This document shows positions 10,008-19,708 of a stretch of 64,000 bases of DNA, in pieces. The notes below the pieces were generated by a model, which saw nothing but the letters and a program-made list of their open reading frames with translations, searched no databases and had not been told where the DNA came from. Position 1 is the stretch's first letter, and every line of letters starts with the position of its first letter. Where the stretch lies: NCBI GenBank assembly GCA_965198115.1, contig OZ240241.1, positions 3,232,001-3,296,000 of the forward strand, given 5' to 3'. The position numbers were made by a program, and so were the translations under genes. This DNA comes from Candidatus Latescibacterota bacterium (GTDB taxonomy: Bacteria; Latescibacterota; UBA2968).

Positions 10008-10340
10008 TCACTTCACCATCGAATCGATCTCCTGATGCACGCGAATGTCGCGGACCACGTCCACGAGCGTCTTGAAGGCGTGGGCGCCACCGTCGACGAT
10101 CAGCCTGCGCAGTGCGCCCAACTCCACGTCATCGTAGGTTCCGTGCAGCGCGATATCATCGAGGTAGGCCCGCTTGGCCTCCTCCGGCAATCGTGACAGA
10201 GCGTCGAGCAGTGCGAAAAAGCGATAGCACTTCTCGTCTTCCAAACAGCGTTTTGCGGCAGACAGGAGCTTGTGCTTCGATTTCAGCTCCGTCCCGAACC
10301 GCGAGGGCAGGGTCGTTAATGGGTGGCGGGGCAGGTTCAT
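10008..10340 (-). CDS. Hypothetical helical protein (110 aa)
   Basis: AGGAGG RBS, ATG start, sigma54-like promoter upstream; no recognised motif. Confidence 0.7.
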   Translation of the reverse strand: MNLPRHPLTTLPSRFGTELKSKHKLLSAAKRCLEDEKCYRFFALLDALSRLPEEAKRAYLDDIALHGTYDDVELGALRRLIVDGGAHAFKTLVDVVRDIRVHQEIDSMVK

Positions 10341-10380
10341 CTCATCCTCCTAAGGTTCACGGACTGACCACCAAAGGTTG

Positions 10381-10396
10381 AGCAATCCGCAGACCA
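10381..10396 (-). promoter_or_regulatory. Putative sigma54 -24/-12 promoter
   Basis: TGGTCT-GCGGA-TTGCT (GG-N10-GC) ~40 bp upstream of the gene. Confidence 0.5.
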
Positions 10397-10553
10397 GATC
10401 GAGATGCCTGCATCAAATTCCTATAAATCAGTCATTTACGTCAATCGTCCGGCTGTTCCCACCCGGCGCTCCAAGAAGATTCTTCCAGTGACAGCCCGGC
10501 AAAAGGAAACGCGCGCCGATTGCCCTTCTCACTTCTTCCTGCTCCCTTTTCCC

Positions 10554-10742
10554 TCAGTATGACATTGATTCCCGTCGCCCGAACAGAAGCCGATACCCGA
10601 AGTAAGCGAGCGCCACGACGACTGCCGCTTTGGCCGCGAACCACAGCAGCCCGACAACGGTCCCGATCAACATCATCAACACGCTGAATCCGACCACGAC
10701 GGCGGCGACCATCAGAAGCGCGCCGAAGAATTTGGCGATCAT
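10554..10742 (-). CDS. Small two-TM membrane protein co-transcribed with pspA
   Basis: GGAGG RBS; two hydrophobic helices; 10 bp downstream of pspA. Confidence 0.75.
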   Translation of the reverse strand: MIAKFFGALLMVAAVVVGFSVLMMLIGTVVGLLWFAAKAAVVVALAYFGYRLLFGRRESMSY

Positions 10743-10751
10743 CGTATCCTC

Positions 10752-11414
10752 CTACCCCTGCTTCGTCTTTTCGCGCAGGGCTGTCAGTTCCTCTTCCACA
10801 CGACGCTGGCGGGCCAGTCGCTCATAGTCGTCCCGGGGCGCAGCGTCCACGATTTCCTCATAGACTTCGGCAGCGATCTCTTTGCGCTCGACATCATCGA
10901 CCAACCGGTCGTAAGCACGAAACGGCTCGGTGTCGATCGTTCTTGGCCCGCTCTCGTCCGATCGGCTTCGTGACACGCGGGCACGACGGGCCACCAATGC
11001 GGGCCCCCGGGCCTTCGCCTCCTTGAGTTTCTCTCGAAGCGACGTCAATCGTTTCTTGAGATCCTCGGCAACCGACCCGGCCTCTTCGACGGCCTGCGCC
11101 TGACGCTCGATCGTCTGATCAGCCGCGAACTTCGCGTCGAGAAGAGCCCTGGCCTCATCGTCCTGGCCGGCTCGCACCGCTGCCTCCGCCTTTCGCTCCA
11201 GATCGGACGACAGGTCACGAACGCTCGCCAGGCGACGCTCCATCAATCGGTGGTTCGCGACCGCCCTGCTCGTTTCGGCAACAGCCGAATCGAGAGCCCG
11301 TTCCATATCGATCACCATCTGACTCAGAACCTTGGATGGGTCTTCAAATCGACTCAAGACCTCCTCGACTTCGGCACGGACGATGCGGCTCATTCTGCTG
11401 ATCGCTCCAGACAT
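10752..11414 (-). CDS. pspA: PspA/IM30 family protein
   Basis: EDPSKVLSQMVIDME, KAEAAVRAGQDDEARALL, VEEELTALR; AAGGAG RBS before ATG 11414. Confidence 0.88.
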   Translation of the reverse strand: MSGAISRMSRIVRAEVEEVLSRFEDPSKVLSQMVIDMERALDSAVAETSRAVANHRLMERRLASVRDLSSDLERKAEAAVRAGQDDEARALLDAKFAADQTIERQAQAVEEAGSVAEDLKKRLTSLREKLKEAKARGPALVARRARVSRSRSDESGPRTIDTEPFRAYDRLVDDVERKEIAAEVYEEIVDAAPRDDYERLARQRRVEEELTALREKTKQG

Positions 11415-11458
11415 TGGGTGCTCCTTTGAGAGTGGGCTCAGCGTTCCCCCGGTCCCTC

Positions 11459-11474
11459 TGCACCCCACGTGCCA
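11459..11474 (-). promoter_or_regulatory. Sigma54 promoter of pspA
   Basis: TGGCAC-GTGGG-GTGCA with AT-rich tract upstream (11500-11545). Confidence 0.65.
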
Positions 11475-11602
11475 CACCCGAACCAGACTATACAAAACGC
11501 CATAACTAGCTTTTTAATATGGTAATTACATAATTTACCTAATTTCCTGATCCGCCCGCAAAGCGGGCGGTAATCGCCAGGCGGGTGGCGTGATCCACCA
11601 AT

Positions 11603-11636
11603 AAAAAAGCCGACACGTCGAAGAAACGCGTCGGCT
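11603..11636 (-). terminator. Intrinsic terminator after xdhC
   Basis: agccgac...gtcggct stem followed by T6 on the minus strand. Confidence 0.65.
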
Positions 11637-11663
11637 CCAGCCCCACTGACTTCGTTGCCGCAA

Positions 11664-12764
11664 TCAGGTCACGGCTGACATCGATGCCACTTGATGGGCC
11701 GGTTTTCCCGCGGCTCGTCGCACGCGAATCAATTCACCGACCACACTCACGGCGATCTCCTCCGGATTGTCGGACCCGATGTCCAGCCCGATCGGTGCGT
11801 GCACTCCGTCGAGGCGCTCCCGAGGAATTCCCTTCGCTTCCAGCTCTTTCCACATCAGCGCGATCTTTCGTCGACTCCCCAGCATTCCCACGTAAGCCGC
11901 ATTGGTCTTGACCGCTTGCTCGACGATCGGTTTGTCGAACTGATGGCCCCGCGTCACGGCGCAGATATAGGCCAGATCGTCGATCGCGAGATGCTCGAAC
12001 GCCGTCTCCAAATCCAGAACGAGCGTCTCGTCCGCCATCGGGAATCGCTCTTTGTTCGCGAACATCGGCCGATCGTCCACGACCACGATGCGGAAGCCGA
12101 CGGTGGCGGCGATTCTGGCGATCGCGAACGAAACGTGTCCGCCCCCGAACAGATACAGCGTCGGCTCGGGGCAGATCGACTCAAGAAACACCTTCCGTGG
12201 AACGCCGGCCGGATCCTCGACATCGATCACTTTCAACAGATCTTCCGGAACCGTCTCCATCTCGGTGACCTCGTTCCGAACGATCTCGTCCAGCGCGTCC
12301 TCACCCAGCGACCCAGCGCACTTCCCATCCTCGCGGACCAACAGCTTCAGCGCACCGGCGTCCGATCCCTGTGACACCAGAGTGGCCAGGACGGCGGATG
12401 CGCGCTCTGCCCGAACAGCCGAAACCTCCCGGAAAATGGCCTCCGATGTCCCACTGACGACCGGCTCCGTGAAAACTTCGACGTTGCCCCCACAGTTCAG
12501 CCCGTTTTCGCCTGCGTGCTGCTCGGTGAGAATGAAGTTCTGCAACGAAGAACGCCCGCTGTCCATCACCTCTCGTGCTTCGGACCATACGTCCGCTTCC
12601 AGACAGCCACCACCGACCGTACCGATGATCGTACCGTCTCCCTGCACGAGCATCTTTGCCTTCTTGCTCATCGGAAGGCTGCCCTTGCTCGAGACAATCG
12701 TCGACATCGCCGCGGGTTCCCCCGACGCCATCAATCGCAGTGCTTCTTCGAACACGTCCTTCAT
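11664..12764 (-). CDS. xdhC: XdhC/CoxF family molybdoenzyme maturation factor
   Basis: GTVGGGCLEA, GLNCGG, FGGGHV, YVGMLGSRRK, APIGLDIG..PEEIAVS. Confidence 0.92.
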   Translation of the reverse strand: MKDVFEEALRLMASGEPAAMSTIVSSKGSLPMSKKAKMLVQGDGTIIGTVGGGCLEADVWSEAREVMDSGRSSLQNFILTEQHAGENGLNCGGNVEVFTEPVVSGTSEAIFREVSAVRAERASAVLATLVSQGSDAGALKLLVREDGKCAGSLGEDALDEIVRNEVTEMETVPEDLLKVIDVEDPAGVPRKVFLESICPEPTLYLFGGGHVSFAIARIAATVGFRIVVVDDRPMFANKERFPMADETLVLDLETAFEHLAIDDLAYICAVTRGHQFDKPIVEQAVKTNAAYVGMLGSRRKIALMWKELEAKGIPRERLDGVHAPIGLDIGSDNPEEIAVSVVGELIRVRRAAGKPAHQVASMSAVT

Positions 12765-12816
12765 AGCATCACATCCTTGCCTCGCCCGCTCTCCTCGAAG
12801 CGCCGGGCGGGACAGG

Positions 12817-13983
12817 CTACCGCCAAACGGAGCGCAACGTCTTGGCCAGTTCGATCAGACTCTCCAGGTTGTGTGCGGGCATAAAGTAGTTCAGATACGG
12901 CAACGCCGTCTTCATCCCCAGACAAAGCGGCTGGTAACCCGGACTTCCCAGAAGGGGATTCAGCCACATCAGCTTGTGGACGCGTCGACGGAGCCGCTCC
13001 ATCTCCTGCCGCATCAGCCCCGTATCGCCGCGGTCCCATCCGTCGCTCACGATGATCATCACCGTCTTCGACCGCAGCATATCCCGCGCGAAAAAGTCGT
13101 TGAACTCGCGAATGCAGCTGCCGATGTCGGTGCCGCCCGCCCAGTCGTGGACCTGATCCGCAACTTCCCGCAGCGACTCTTCCACGCCCTTGGTCTTCAG
13201 CAGACGCGAGATCACCGTCATCCGAGTTGAGAAGACGCCTACCTCGACATCCGGGATCTCACGCTTGATGGCATAGATAAATTGTATCAAAAATCGGCTG
13301 TAACAGTCCATCGAACCGCTGACGTCGCACAGCACCATCAGCTTCGTTTTCTTGATACGCTTGCGGCGACGCTCCAGTTCCACGCCGTCACGACCCATCA
13401 ACGCGTTCCGCCGCCACGTGCGACGGAAGTCGATCTCCCGCCCGGAGTTGTCGGGAAACCGCCTCCGACTCCGTCGGTTCGCGATGATGTTCACGATCTC
13501 GGCGATCACGCGACGCGCCTGCTCGATCTCCTTGTCGGACATCGCGGCCAGGTCCTTCTGCATCAGGACCTCGTCGGGGCTCCACCCGGGATCCTCGGTC
13601 TCCCCCTCGCCCTCCTCCGCCTCTTCTTCCTCGGTCGTGTCAGTCGTCTCCGCCATCTCCTCGAGCGCTTCCGTCAGGTCGTTCTCGTCCATCTCCTGAG
13701 GAACCTCGACTTCGACCATTTGAGACGTGACGTTCCAGAATGCGTCGAAGACCTGATCGAACATCTCGATGTCGTCGAACCGCGACACGAGCGTCGCTCT
13801 TGCGGCCGCATAGAAATCGTGCCGATTCGACATCTCGATATGGCCGACGCTGTGGCAAAGATCGATCAGATTTCCCGAATTGACCTCCACACCCGCACTG
13901 TGGAGTGACCGTGTGAAAGCCACAACCCGCCCGAGCATCGTCGATTGATCGATCTGTAAAGACAATATCCCGTCCTTCGTCAC
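12817..13983 (-). CDS. CoxE-like VWA-domain protein
   Basis: DVSGSM MIDAS, WAGGTDIG, SDGWDRGD, WLNPL. Confidence 0.9.
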   Translation of the reverse strand: MTKDGILSLQIDQSTMLGRVVAFTRSLHSAGVEVNSGNLIDLCHSVGHIEMSNRHDFYAAARATLVSRFDDIEMFDQVFDAFWNVTSQMVEVEVPQEMDENDLTEALEEMAETTDTTEEEEAEEGEGETEDPGWSPDEVLMQKDLAAMSDKEIEQARRVIAEIVNIIANRRSRRRFPDNSGREIDFRRTWRRNALMGRDGVELERRRKRIKKTKLMVLCDVSGSMDCYSRFLIQFIYAIKREIPDVEVGVFSTRMTVISRLLKTKGVEESLREVADQVHDWAGGTDIGSCIREFNDFFARDMLRSKTVMIIVSDGWDRGDTGLMRQEMERLRRRVHKLMWLNPLLGSPGYQPLCLGMKTALPYLNYFMPAHNLESLIELAKTLRSVWR

Positions 13984-14058
13984 GTAGGTATCGCGGACGG
14001 CCGTTACAAGGTCACCGCCGACCGCCCACCGTCCACTATCTTCTGTCCTCTGGTTTTC

Positions 14059-14982
14059 TCAAGCGGTCCGCGCCTGCTTCGTCACACGCTGACGCAACAT
14101 ATGGGCCTTCTCGATGATCTGGGCGAGACCGTCCTCTTGGACCTTCTCGATATCTTCCTTGTACTTCAGAATGCAGCCCAAGGTCGCGTCGACGGAACTC
14201 ACCTCCAGATCCTTCGTCTGCATCGACATCAGCGCCAGCGCCCAATCGATCGTTTCGGCGACACCCGGCTTTTTGTAAAAGTCCCGCGTGCGCATCAGTT
14301 GCATAAAACCGCAGATTTGGGCCGACAGCTCGGCCTGAATGTCCGGCACGCGCGACTCGATGATATCCATCTCCTTCTCGAACGTCGGATAATCGATCCA
14401 CAGGTAGAGGCAGCGCCGCTTGAGCGCATCGTGCAGTTCACGTGTTCGGTTGGACGTGAGAACCACGAAGGGTACCTGATGGGCGGAAACTGTTCCGATT
14501 TCGGGAATCGTAATCTGGAAGTCCGACAGCACTTCGAGCAGGAACGCCTCGAACTCTTCATCCGATCGATCGACCTCGTCGATCAACAAGACCGGCGTTG
14601 TTTCACCCTCATACTGAATCGCCTTGAGCAACGGACGCTCGAGCAGGAATTCGGGGCCGAAGATGTTTCGCCCGATCTCCTCCTTGTTCAGACCCCGGGC
14701 CTCTTCCAGCCTGAGTTCCAGCATCTGCCGAGGGTAATTCCATTCGTAGAGCGCCGTGTTCGCGTCGAGTCCCTCGTAGCACTGCAGCCGGATCAGTTCG
14801 GTACCCAGGATGCCGGCCATCACTTTGGCCACCTCCGTCTTACCGACACCCGGTTCACCCTCCAGGAAAATGGGCTTCCCCAACGCGACAGCGAGGTAGA
14901 TGGTCGTGGCCAGTGTCCGATCGGCGATATAGCCCTCCCCGCCGAATTTTACCTCCACATCTTCGATCGATTCGAACGTCAT
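14059..14982 (-). CDS. MoxR/CoxD family AAA+ ATPase
   Basis: GEPGVGKT Walker A, LLIDEVDR Walker B, DALKRRC. Confidence 0.92.
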   Translation of the reverse strand: MTFESIEDVEVKFGGEGYIADRTLATTIYLAVALGKPIFLEGEPGVGKTEVAKVMAGILGTELIRLQCYEGLDANTALYEWNYPRQMLELRLEEARGLNKEEIGRNIFGPEFLLERPLLKAIQYEGETTPVLLIDEVDRSDEEFEAFLLEVLSDFQITIPEIGTVSAHQVPFVVLTSNRTRELHDALKRRCLYLWIDYPTFEKEMDIIESRVPDIQAELSAQICGFMQLMRTRDFYKKPGVAETIDWALALMSMQTKDLEVSSVDATLGCILKYKEDIEKVQEDGLAQIIEKAHMLRQRVTKQARTA

Positions 14983-15013
14983 CCGAAATGAGTCCTTTCG
15001 CCTCTCCGACCGG

Positions 15014-15544
15014 TTACGGGCATCGCCCGGTTTTCTCGATCCACGCTTCGAGTGCCTCGCGAGTCGAGGGAAAAGCCAGTTCGTCCCAGGGGATCTCCTC
15101 GACCGGAAAGGCTTTCACATCCAAAGTTTCAGCATTCCCTCTTAGTTCGCCGTCAACGACACGGCCGTCGTAGACGATCAATACCACACGCTCACCACGG
15201 TAGGAGTAGACCCCTACGAGGTCAAGCACTTCAACCTTGAGACCGACCTCCTCCTCGGCTTCCCGAGCGGCTGCGACGGTCGTGGGCTCCCCCGCATCGG
15301 TGTAGCCCCCGGGGAACACCCACTTTCCATAGCCGGGTTCGATCGCACGTTTGAGCAGGACGACCCCATCCTCCCACGTCACGATCACGCCCGAGGCAAC
15401 TTTGGGGTCGACATAAAGAACCCACGCGCATCCCCTACACTGCTGGCGTGGGTGACCTTCGATTTCGGTCCACGCCAGCGGGGAGCCGCACCGCTCGCAA
15501 AACCAGGCGCGGTGGACCGGTTTGTGGGGGGGTTCTGATGCCAA
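15014..15544 (-). CDS. NUDIX hydrolase with N-terminal zinc ribbon (start uncertain, TTG 15544 assumed)
   Basis: FCERCG..CRGC; GGYTDAGEPTTVAAAREAEEEVG Nudix box. Confidence 0.88.
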   Translation of the reverse strand: MASEPPHKPVHRAWFCERCGSPLAWTEIEGHPRQQCRGCAWVLYVDPKVASGVIVTWEDGVVLLKRAIEPGYGKWVFPGGYTDAGEPTTVAAAREAEEEVGLKVEVLDLVGVYSYRGERVVLIVYDGRVVDGELRGNAETLDVKAFPVEEIPWDELAFPSTREALEAWIEKTGRCP

Positions 15545-15688
15545 GGGTCCGTCACAATATACCACAGGCCACTTGCCCGGCAAACCGGGAGACGCGGTAA
15601 CCGGGGCCACTTGTCGACGCAAAGAAATCAGGCAGGCACTCAGCGTGTGCCTGCCTGGCCGTGTCGTCATCGCCAACGGATACGCTCG

Positions 15689-17124
15689 CTACGGTTCAGC
15701 CGGCTGTTCTGTCGTCGTCCACCCCGCTGTCCAGTCATCCTCGTCGTTCATTGCACCAAGGAAGGTCACAGGGTCGAAGAATCCATCGTCCGGGGGCGTC
15801 GCGGCCCCGCTCAGCGCCGGCGAGCCCGACGACACCCGGAAATCGGGCACGGTCAAGTTGAAAGCATCCACGATCATCGGATCCGCCCCGAATTGGTTGC
15901 TCCCGTCTCCGATCGACCAGATTTCCTCGCTGAAGCCATCGTCGTCCGTGGCGAAGTTTCCCGCTGCGTTGAACAGAATCGTGTTCGCCAACGTGAGGGC
16001 ACCCCCGTCGGCTTGCGCGAACGTCGGCGCATTGTCTACGTCCACGCCCCCATTGTCGAAACCCGTCACGACGAAGTTCCTGAGTGTGGCAGCCGTGCCG
16101 CCTCGGAGCAGAACGCCGATGTCACCCTCGGGGCCGCTCGGATCCCCGATCAACGTCACGTTGTAGATCGTCGGGTTCGAACGGGGCGTGGCGTCGTTGT
16201 TGTTCGCGTCGTTGTCCGCCTCGATTCCGTTATCAGCATCATCGCCTCGCTGTTGCGCGATCCAGAACTGGCCCTTGCCAACCCATCCGTCCGTCCAGTC
16301 GAAGCTGTCGTCCCGAACACCGGTGCACAGCAGATGCTTTGCGTTCACCGTTCCACCGAAGAACTCGATTCCGTCGTCCTGGTTGAAGTGAACCTGTACG
16401 TAATCCACCAGTGTACCGGACCCCACTCCCTGGAAAGCGATGCCGTTCAGCTTGCTATCCAGGGCAAACTCGAAGCCCGCAAACTCGACGCGAAGGTAGC
16501 GCAAGATGCCGCTGTCATCCTCGGGGTCCGACCCGCCGTAGTGTCCCGTGTCCCCCTCACCCATCGCTGTCTCTCCGGTGTTGATCGGGGCGCGACCGTT
16601 CAGGACCAGACCGCCCCATTGTCCCCGCGCACGACTTCCTTCGGCTGCTTCGCTCGTCATCACGATCGGCGCTCCAGGCAGACCATCCGCGATCAGCTGG
16701 CCGTCCTGAGATACGACGAGTGTGCCCGTCGTTGCCGTCTCCCCATAGATCACGACGCCCGGAAGAACGATCAGCCTCGCTCCAGCCTCGACGAACACGG
16801 CCCCACGCAGCAGATACTCGCGATCGGACGTCAGCACTCTGTCTTCGGAAATCGCGCCCTCCAGAACCTCCAGTCGCCCACCGGCAGAACGTCTTCGTTG
16901 AACTGCCCCGTAAATTCGATGAAATCGCCGAACTGGACGATCCCGTCCCAGTCGATGTCGTAGGTCGGATGCGACCCTTCGAACTGACCGGCGAACAGGA
17001 TGAAATCCTCGAAGCTGATCGTGCCATCCGCATCGAAGTCGACCCGTGCAGGTTCGATCTGGGCGGAGGACGTCGCGACCAGGACGTAGAACGTTAAAAT
17101 CGTGGCGAAGAAGGTCCTTCTCAC
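15689..17124 (-). CDS. Secreted protein: dockerin/EF-hand-like pairs plus beta-helix-like domain; apparent frameshift ~16875
   Basis: Signal peptide, DFDADGTISFEDF repeats, then GQWGGL, DDSGILRYLRVEFAG, DDGIEFFGGTV; the two ORFs join if one G is added in a G run. Confidence 0.75.
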
Positions 17125-17367
17125 AATACGTATTCCTTCCACAGTGGATGGTTCCAGTCGTCTTTCGTGACCGCCGTCTCCAGTCGACATGGAGGTCGCG
17201 TTTCAGCCAGAATCTAAGACAAAATCGGATCGCTCTGTCCAGAAAGGGGGCGAAATCCTTACCAGCTGGTTTCCGAATCTTGTCCGGCCAGCCCCGATGG
17301 ACCTATAGTCAAAAACGCTGTGGGCAAGGTCAGGCGAAACGTCAACTCGATACGATAGGCGCATACT

Positions 17368-18324
17368 GTGAACGCGAGATCCGTTCTACCGAATCTGATT
17401 TTGTCAGCCTGTATGTCGTGCGGTGTTGCAGAGGGGGCCGACACGAAATTCAAGGGCTATGTGTTCGGCGACTACTATTACGTGGCGAGCGGGGCGCAGA
17501 AGGAGCAAAACGGGTTTCAGCTTCGCCGGGTCTACTTCACCACCGACATCAAGTGGAACAAACGCCTCAGCGGTAGATTTCGCCTCGAAGCATCCGACGC
17601 TGGATTCGGATCGAACGAAAAAATGACGCCTGTCGTCAAGGACGCCTGGTTGCGATACCGGCGGTCGGGCCAAACCATCGTGATGGGTTTGGCGCCGACA
17701 CCGACGTGGGATGTCTCCGAGAGCGTCTGGGGGTATCGAGCTGTCGAGAAGCTGCTGATGGACCTGAACAAGCTGGGGGCATCGAGGGACACCGGTGTTC
17801 GATTCACGATGCCCCTGAGCGAAAGGGCGACCCTCGATCTGATGTTCGGTAACGGCAACAGCAACAAGGCAGAAGGCGACAACGGCAAGAAGGCCTACGG
17901 TCGCCTCCACGTGAAGGCGACCAAGCAAGCGGGCGCTCTCCTCTACGCCGACTGGGAGAGTCGACCGGGCGATCAGGACCGTACCACCCTCGAAGGATTT
18001 CTCTATCGCTCCACCAAAAGGACTGCCGTAGGTGTCGAGGCCGTCTATCAGCGAAGGAAGGGCCCCACGGACGTGAACGTCATCGGTCTCTCCGTCCTGG
18101 GCAGGATGAAGACAAAGTCGGATTGGGGCGTCTACGGAAGGGTCGACTTCTTCGATCCGAACGACAACCGGGACGACGATCGCACCTTCTTCTTCATCGG
18201 CGGCGTCGACATCGAACCCACAGAAAGCGTGCACATCCTGCCCCACATTCTGGTCAAGTCGTTCGAGGACTCGACAGTCGACGCGGACGTGACTCCGAGG
18301 ATCACGCTCTACTACATCTTCTAA
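17368..18324 (+). CDS. Outer-membrane beta-barrel / porin-like protein
   Basis: Signal peptide, amphipathic strands, FQLRRVYFT, VKDAWL, terminal Phe (YYIF). Confidence 0.75.
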   Translation: MNARSVLPNLILSACMSCGVAEGADTKFKGYVFGDYYYVASGAQKEQNGFQLRRVYFTTDIKWNKRLSGRFRLEASDAGFGSNEKMTPVVKDAWLRYRRSGQTIVMGLAPTPTWDVSESVWGYRAVEKLLMDLNKLGASRDTGVRFTMPLSERATLDLMFGNGNSNKAEGDNGKKAYGRLHVKATKQAGALLYADWESRPGDQDRTTLEGFLYRSTKRTAVGVEAVYQRRKGPTDVNVIGLSVLGRMKTKSDWGVYGRVDFFDPNDNRDDDRTFFFIGGVDIEPTESVHILPHILVKSFEDSTVDADVTPRITLYYIF

Positions 18325-18396
18325 TCCAACACACCACGCACCAAAAGACTCGGTCACGATCGGCGGCGGTCGGATCTATGCAGGGGACGGAGTCGG

Positions 18397-18975
18397 TCAG
18401 GATCGGGCCGCAGCGGCAGCGCTGGTTTTGCGGGACAGGGCGACCTGCTCGCGACGGCGGTCGTGCCGTGTAGACTGTTCGATACTGCGATACTCGCCGA
18501 GCGTTTCGCTCAGCCGTTCCTGCATCAGCTGGCCCAACCGGTAGACGATCTTAAAACCGAGTGAGGGAGAGTGCGCGACCAGATCCATCAGATCGGCCTT
18601 GAAGAATCCGAGCACGTGGGAGCGCGCGACCGAAATGACCGACGCCGCACGAGGTTCGCCGTCGAGCAGTGACATCTCTCCGAACATTCGACCCGGCCCC
18701 AGTGTCGCCAGGAAGATGTCGTCCCCCGAATCATTCTCCAGAATCACTTCCGCTTCGCCCCCAACGAGGATGTAGAGTCCGGCTCCTGGCGCTCCCTCCT
18801 GCACAATCACGTCCTTGGGGAAGTAGTCGCGGCGGTGCAAAAGAGGGGTCAGCGTCTGAAGCTCGCTCTGGTCCAGCGTTTCGAACAGACGGACGCTCCG
18901 GATCACCTCCCGGATGTCATCCCCCTTCTCCTGAACGACGTCGTAGACGTTGCCCCATTCCTCGTCTTGCGGCAC
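18397..18975 (-). CDS. Cyclic-nucleotide-binding domain protein
   Basis: QEGAPG..LYI..G, FGEMSLLDGEPRAAS. Confidence 0.88.
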   Translation of the reverse strand: MPQDEEWGNVYDVVQEKGDDIREVIRSVRLFETLDQSELQTLTPLLHRRDYFPKDVIVQEGAPGAGLYILVGGEAEVILENDSGDDIFLATLGPGRMFGEMSLLDGEPRAASVISVARSHVLGFFKADLMDLVAHSPSLGFKIVYRLGQLMQERLSETLGEYRSIEQSTRHDRRREQVALSRKTSAAAAARS

Positions 18976-19112
18976 AGGCTATCCTTCGGCTCGGTTGGTT
19001 AGGTCGTCGTACTAAAAATAAGGTGGTCCAGCCGTTGATCCAACCCTCGCAAACAGAAAAGGACGGACTTGATCTGAGCCCGACCTCTCTCCACAACCTC
19101 GAATGCGTCCGG

Positions 19113-19550
19113 CTACACGTCCGCCAGAACCTGTTCCGTATGCGCTCGAGCGACGACATCGTCATACGCCTTCTCGACCTTGCCGTCCGTCCCGATCACA
19201 TACGTGATGCGCTTGGCCGAACCGTCGCTCTTGTCCTGACAGGCACCGTAGCTCAGACAAACCGCTCTTTCAGTGTCGCACAAGAGCGGATAAGGGAACG
19301 ACTGCTCGTCAGCAAACTTGGCGTTCGCTTCGACAGGGTCAGTACTCACACCCACAACCTGGATATTCTTTGCTTCGAAGTCTTGGATTCTGTCCCGGAA
19401 TCCGACACCCTCAGCCGTTCAGCCGCCGGTACTGGCGCGAGGATAGAACCACATCAGCACACGCTTCCCCGCGAAGTCCGACAGCGTGACCGTCTTACCC
19501 GTATGATCCTGAACCTCGAAGTCCGGCGCATTGTCACCCACGTTCAGCAT
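19113..19550 (-). CDS. bcp: BCP/PrxQ peroxiredoxin, selenoprotein (UGA at codon 44)
   Basis: MLNVGDNAPDF...WFYPRASTGG-TGA-TAEG..FRD..GVSTD; in-frame TGA (19419-19421) occupies the peroxidatic Cys position; GAGGA RBS. Confidence 0.88.
19380..19406 (-). promoter_or_regulatory. Putative bacterial SECIS hairpin
   Basis: GGATTC-CGGGACA-GAATCC stem-loop starting 15 nt after the UGA. Confidence 0.65.
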
Positions 19551-19708
19551 TGATTTCCTCCATCGACGGGCCTTCGCACCCGACACGCCATCGGGCGACG
19601 ATCTTCAACATAACACGGACTCTGGGGGGCGGCCAATCGCAAATCTGACTTGCTTGGGGACCCGTGACCGCTCATACTCCGTCTGTTCCCAGGCTACGGA
19701 GACTCACA

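Noticed and set aside
11664-14982. coxD/coxE/xdhC as evidence of CO oxidation
   Set aside because: Only accessory genes are present; no coxL/M/S in the window, and these genes accompany many molybdenum hydroxylases
17190-17367. Pho boxes between the beta-helix protein and the porin
   Set aside because: The GTCA half-sites are not at 11-bp spacing; no convincing consensus
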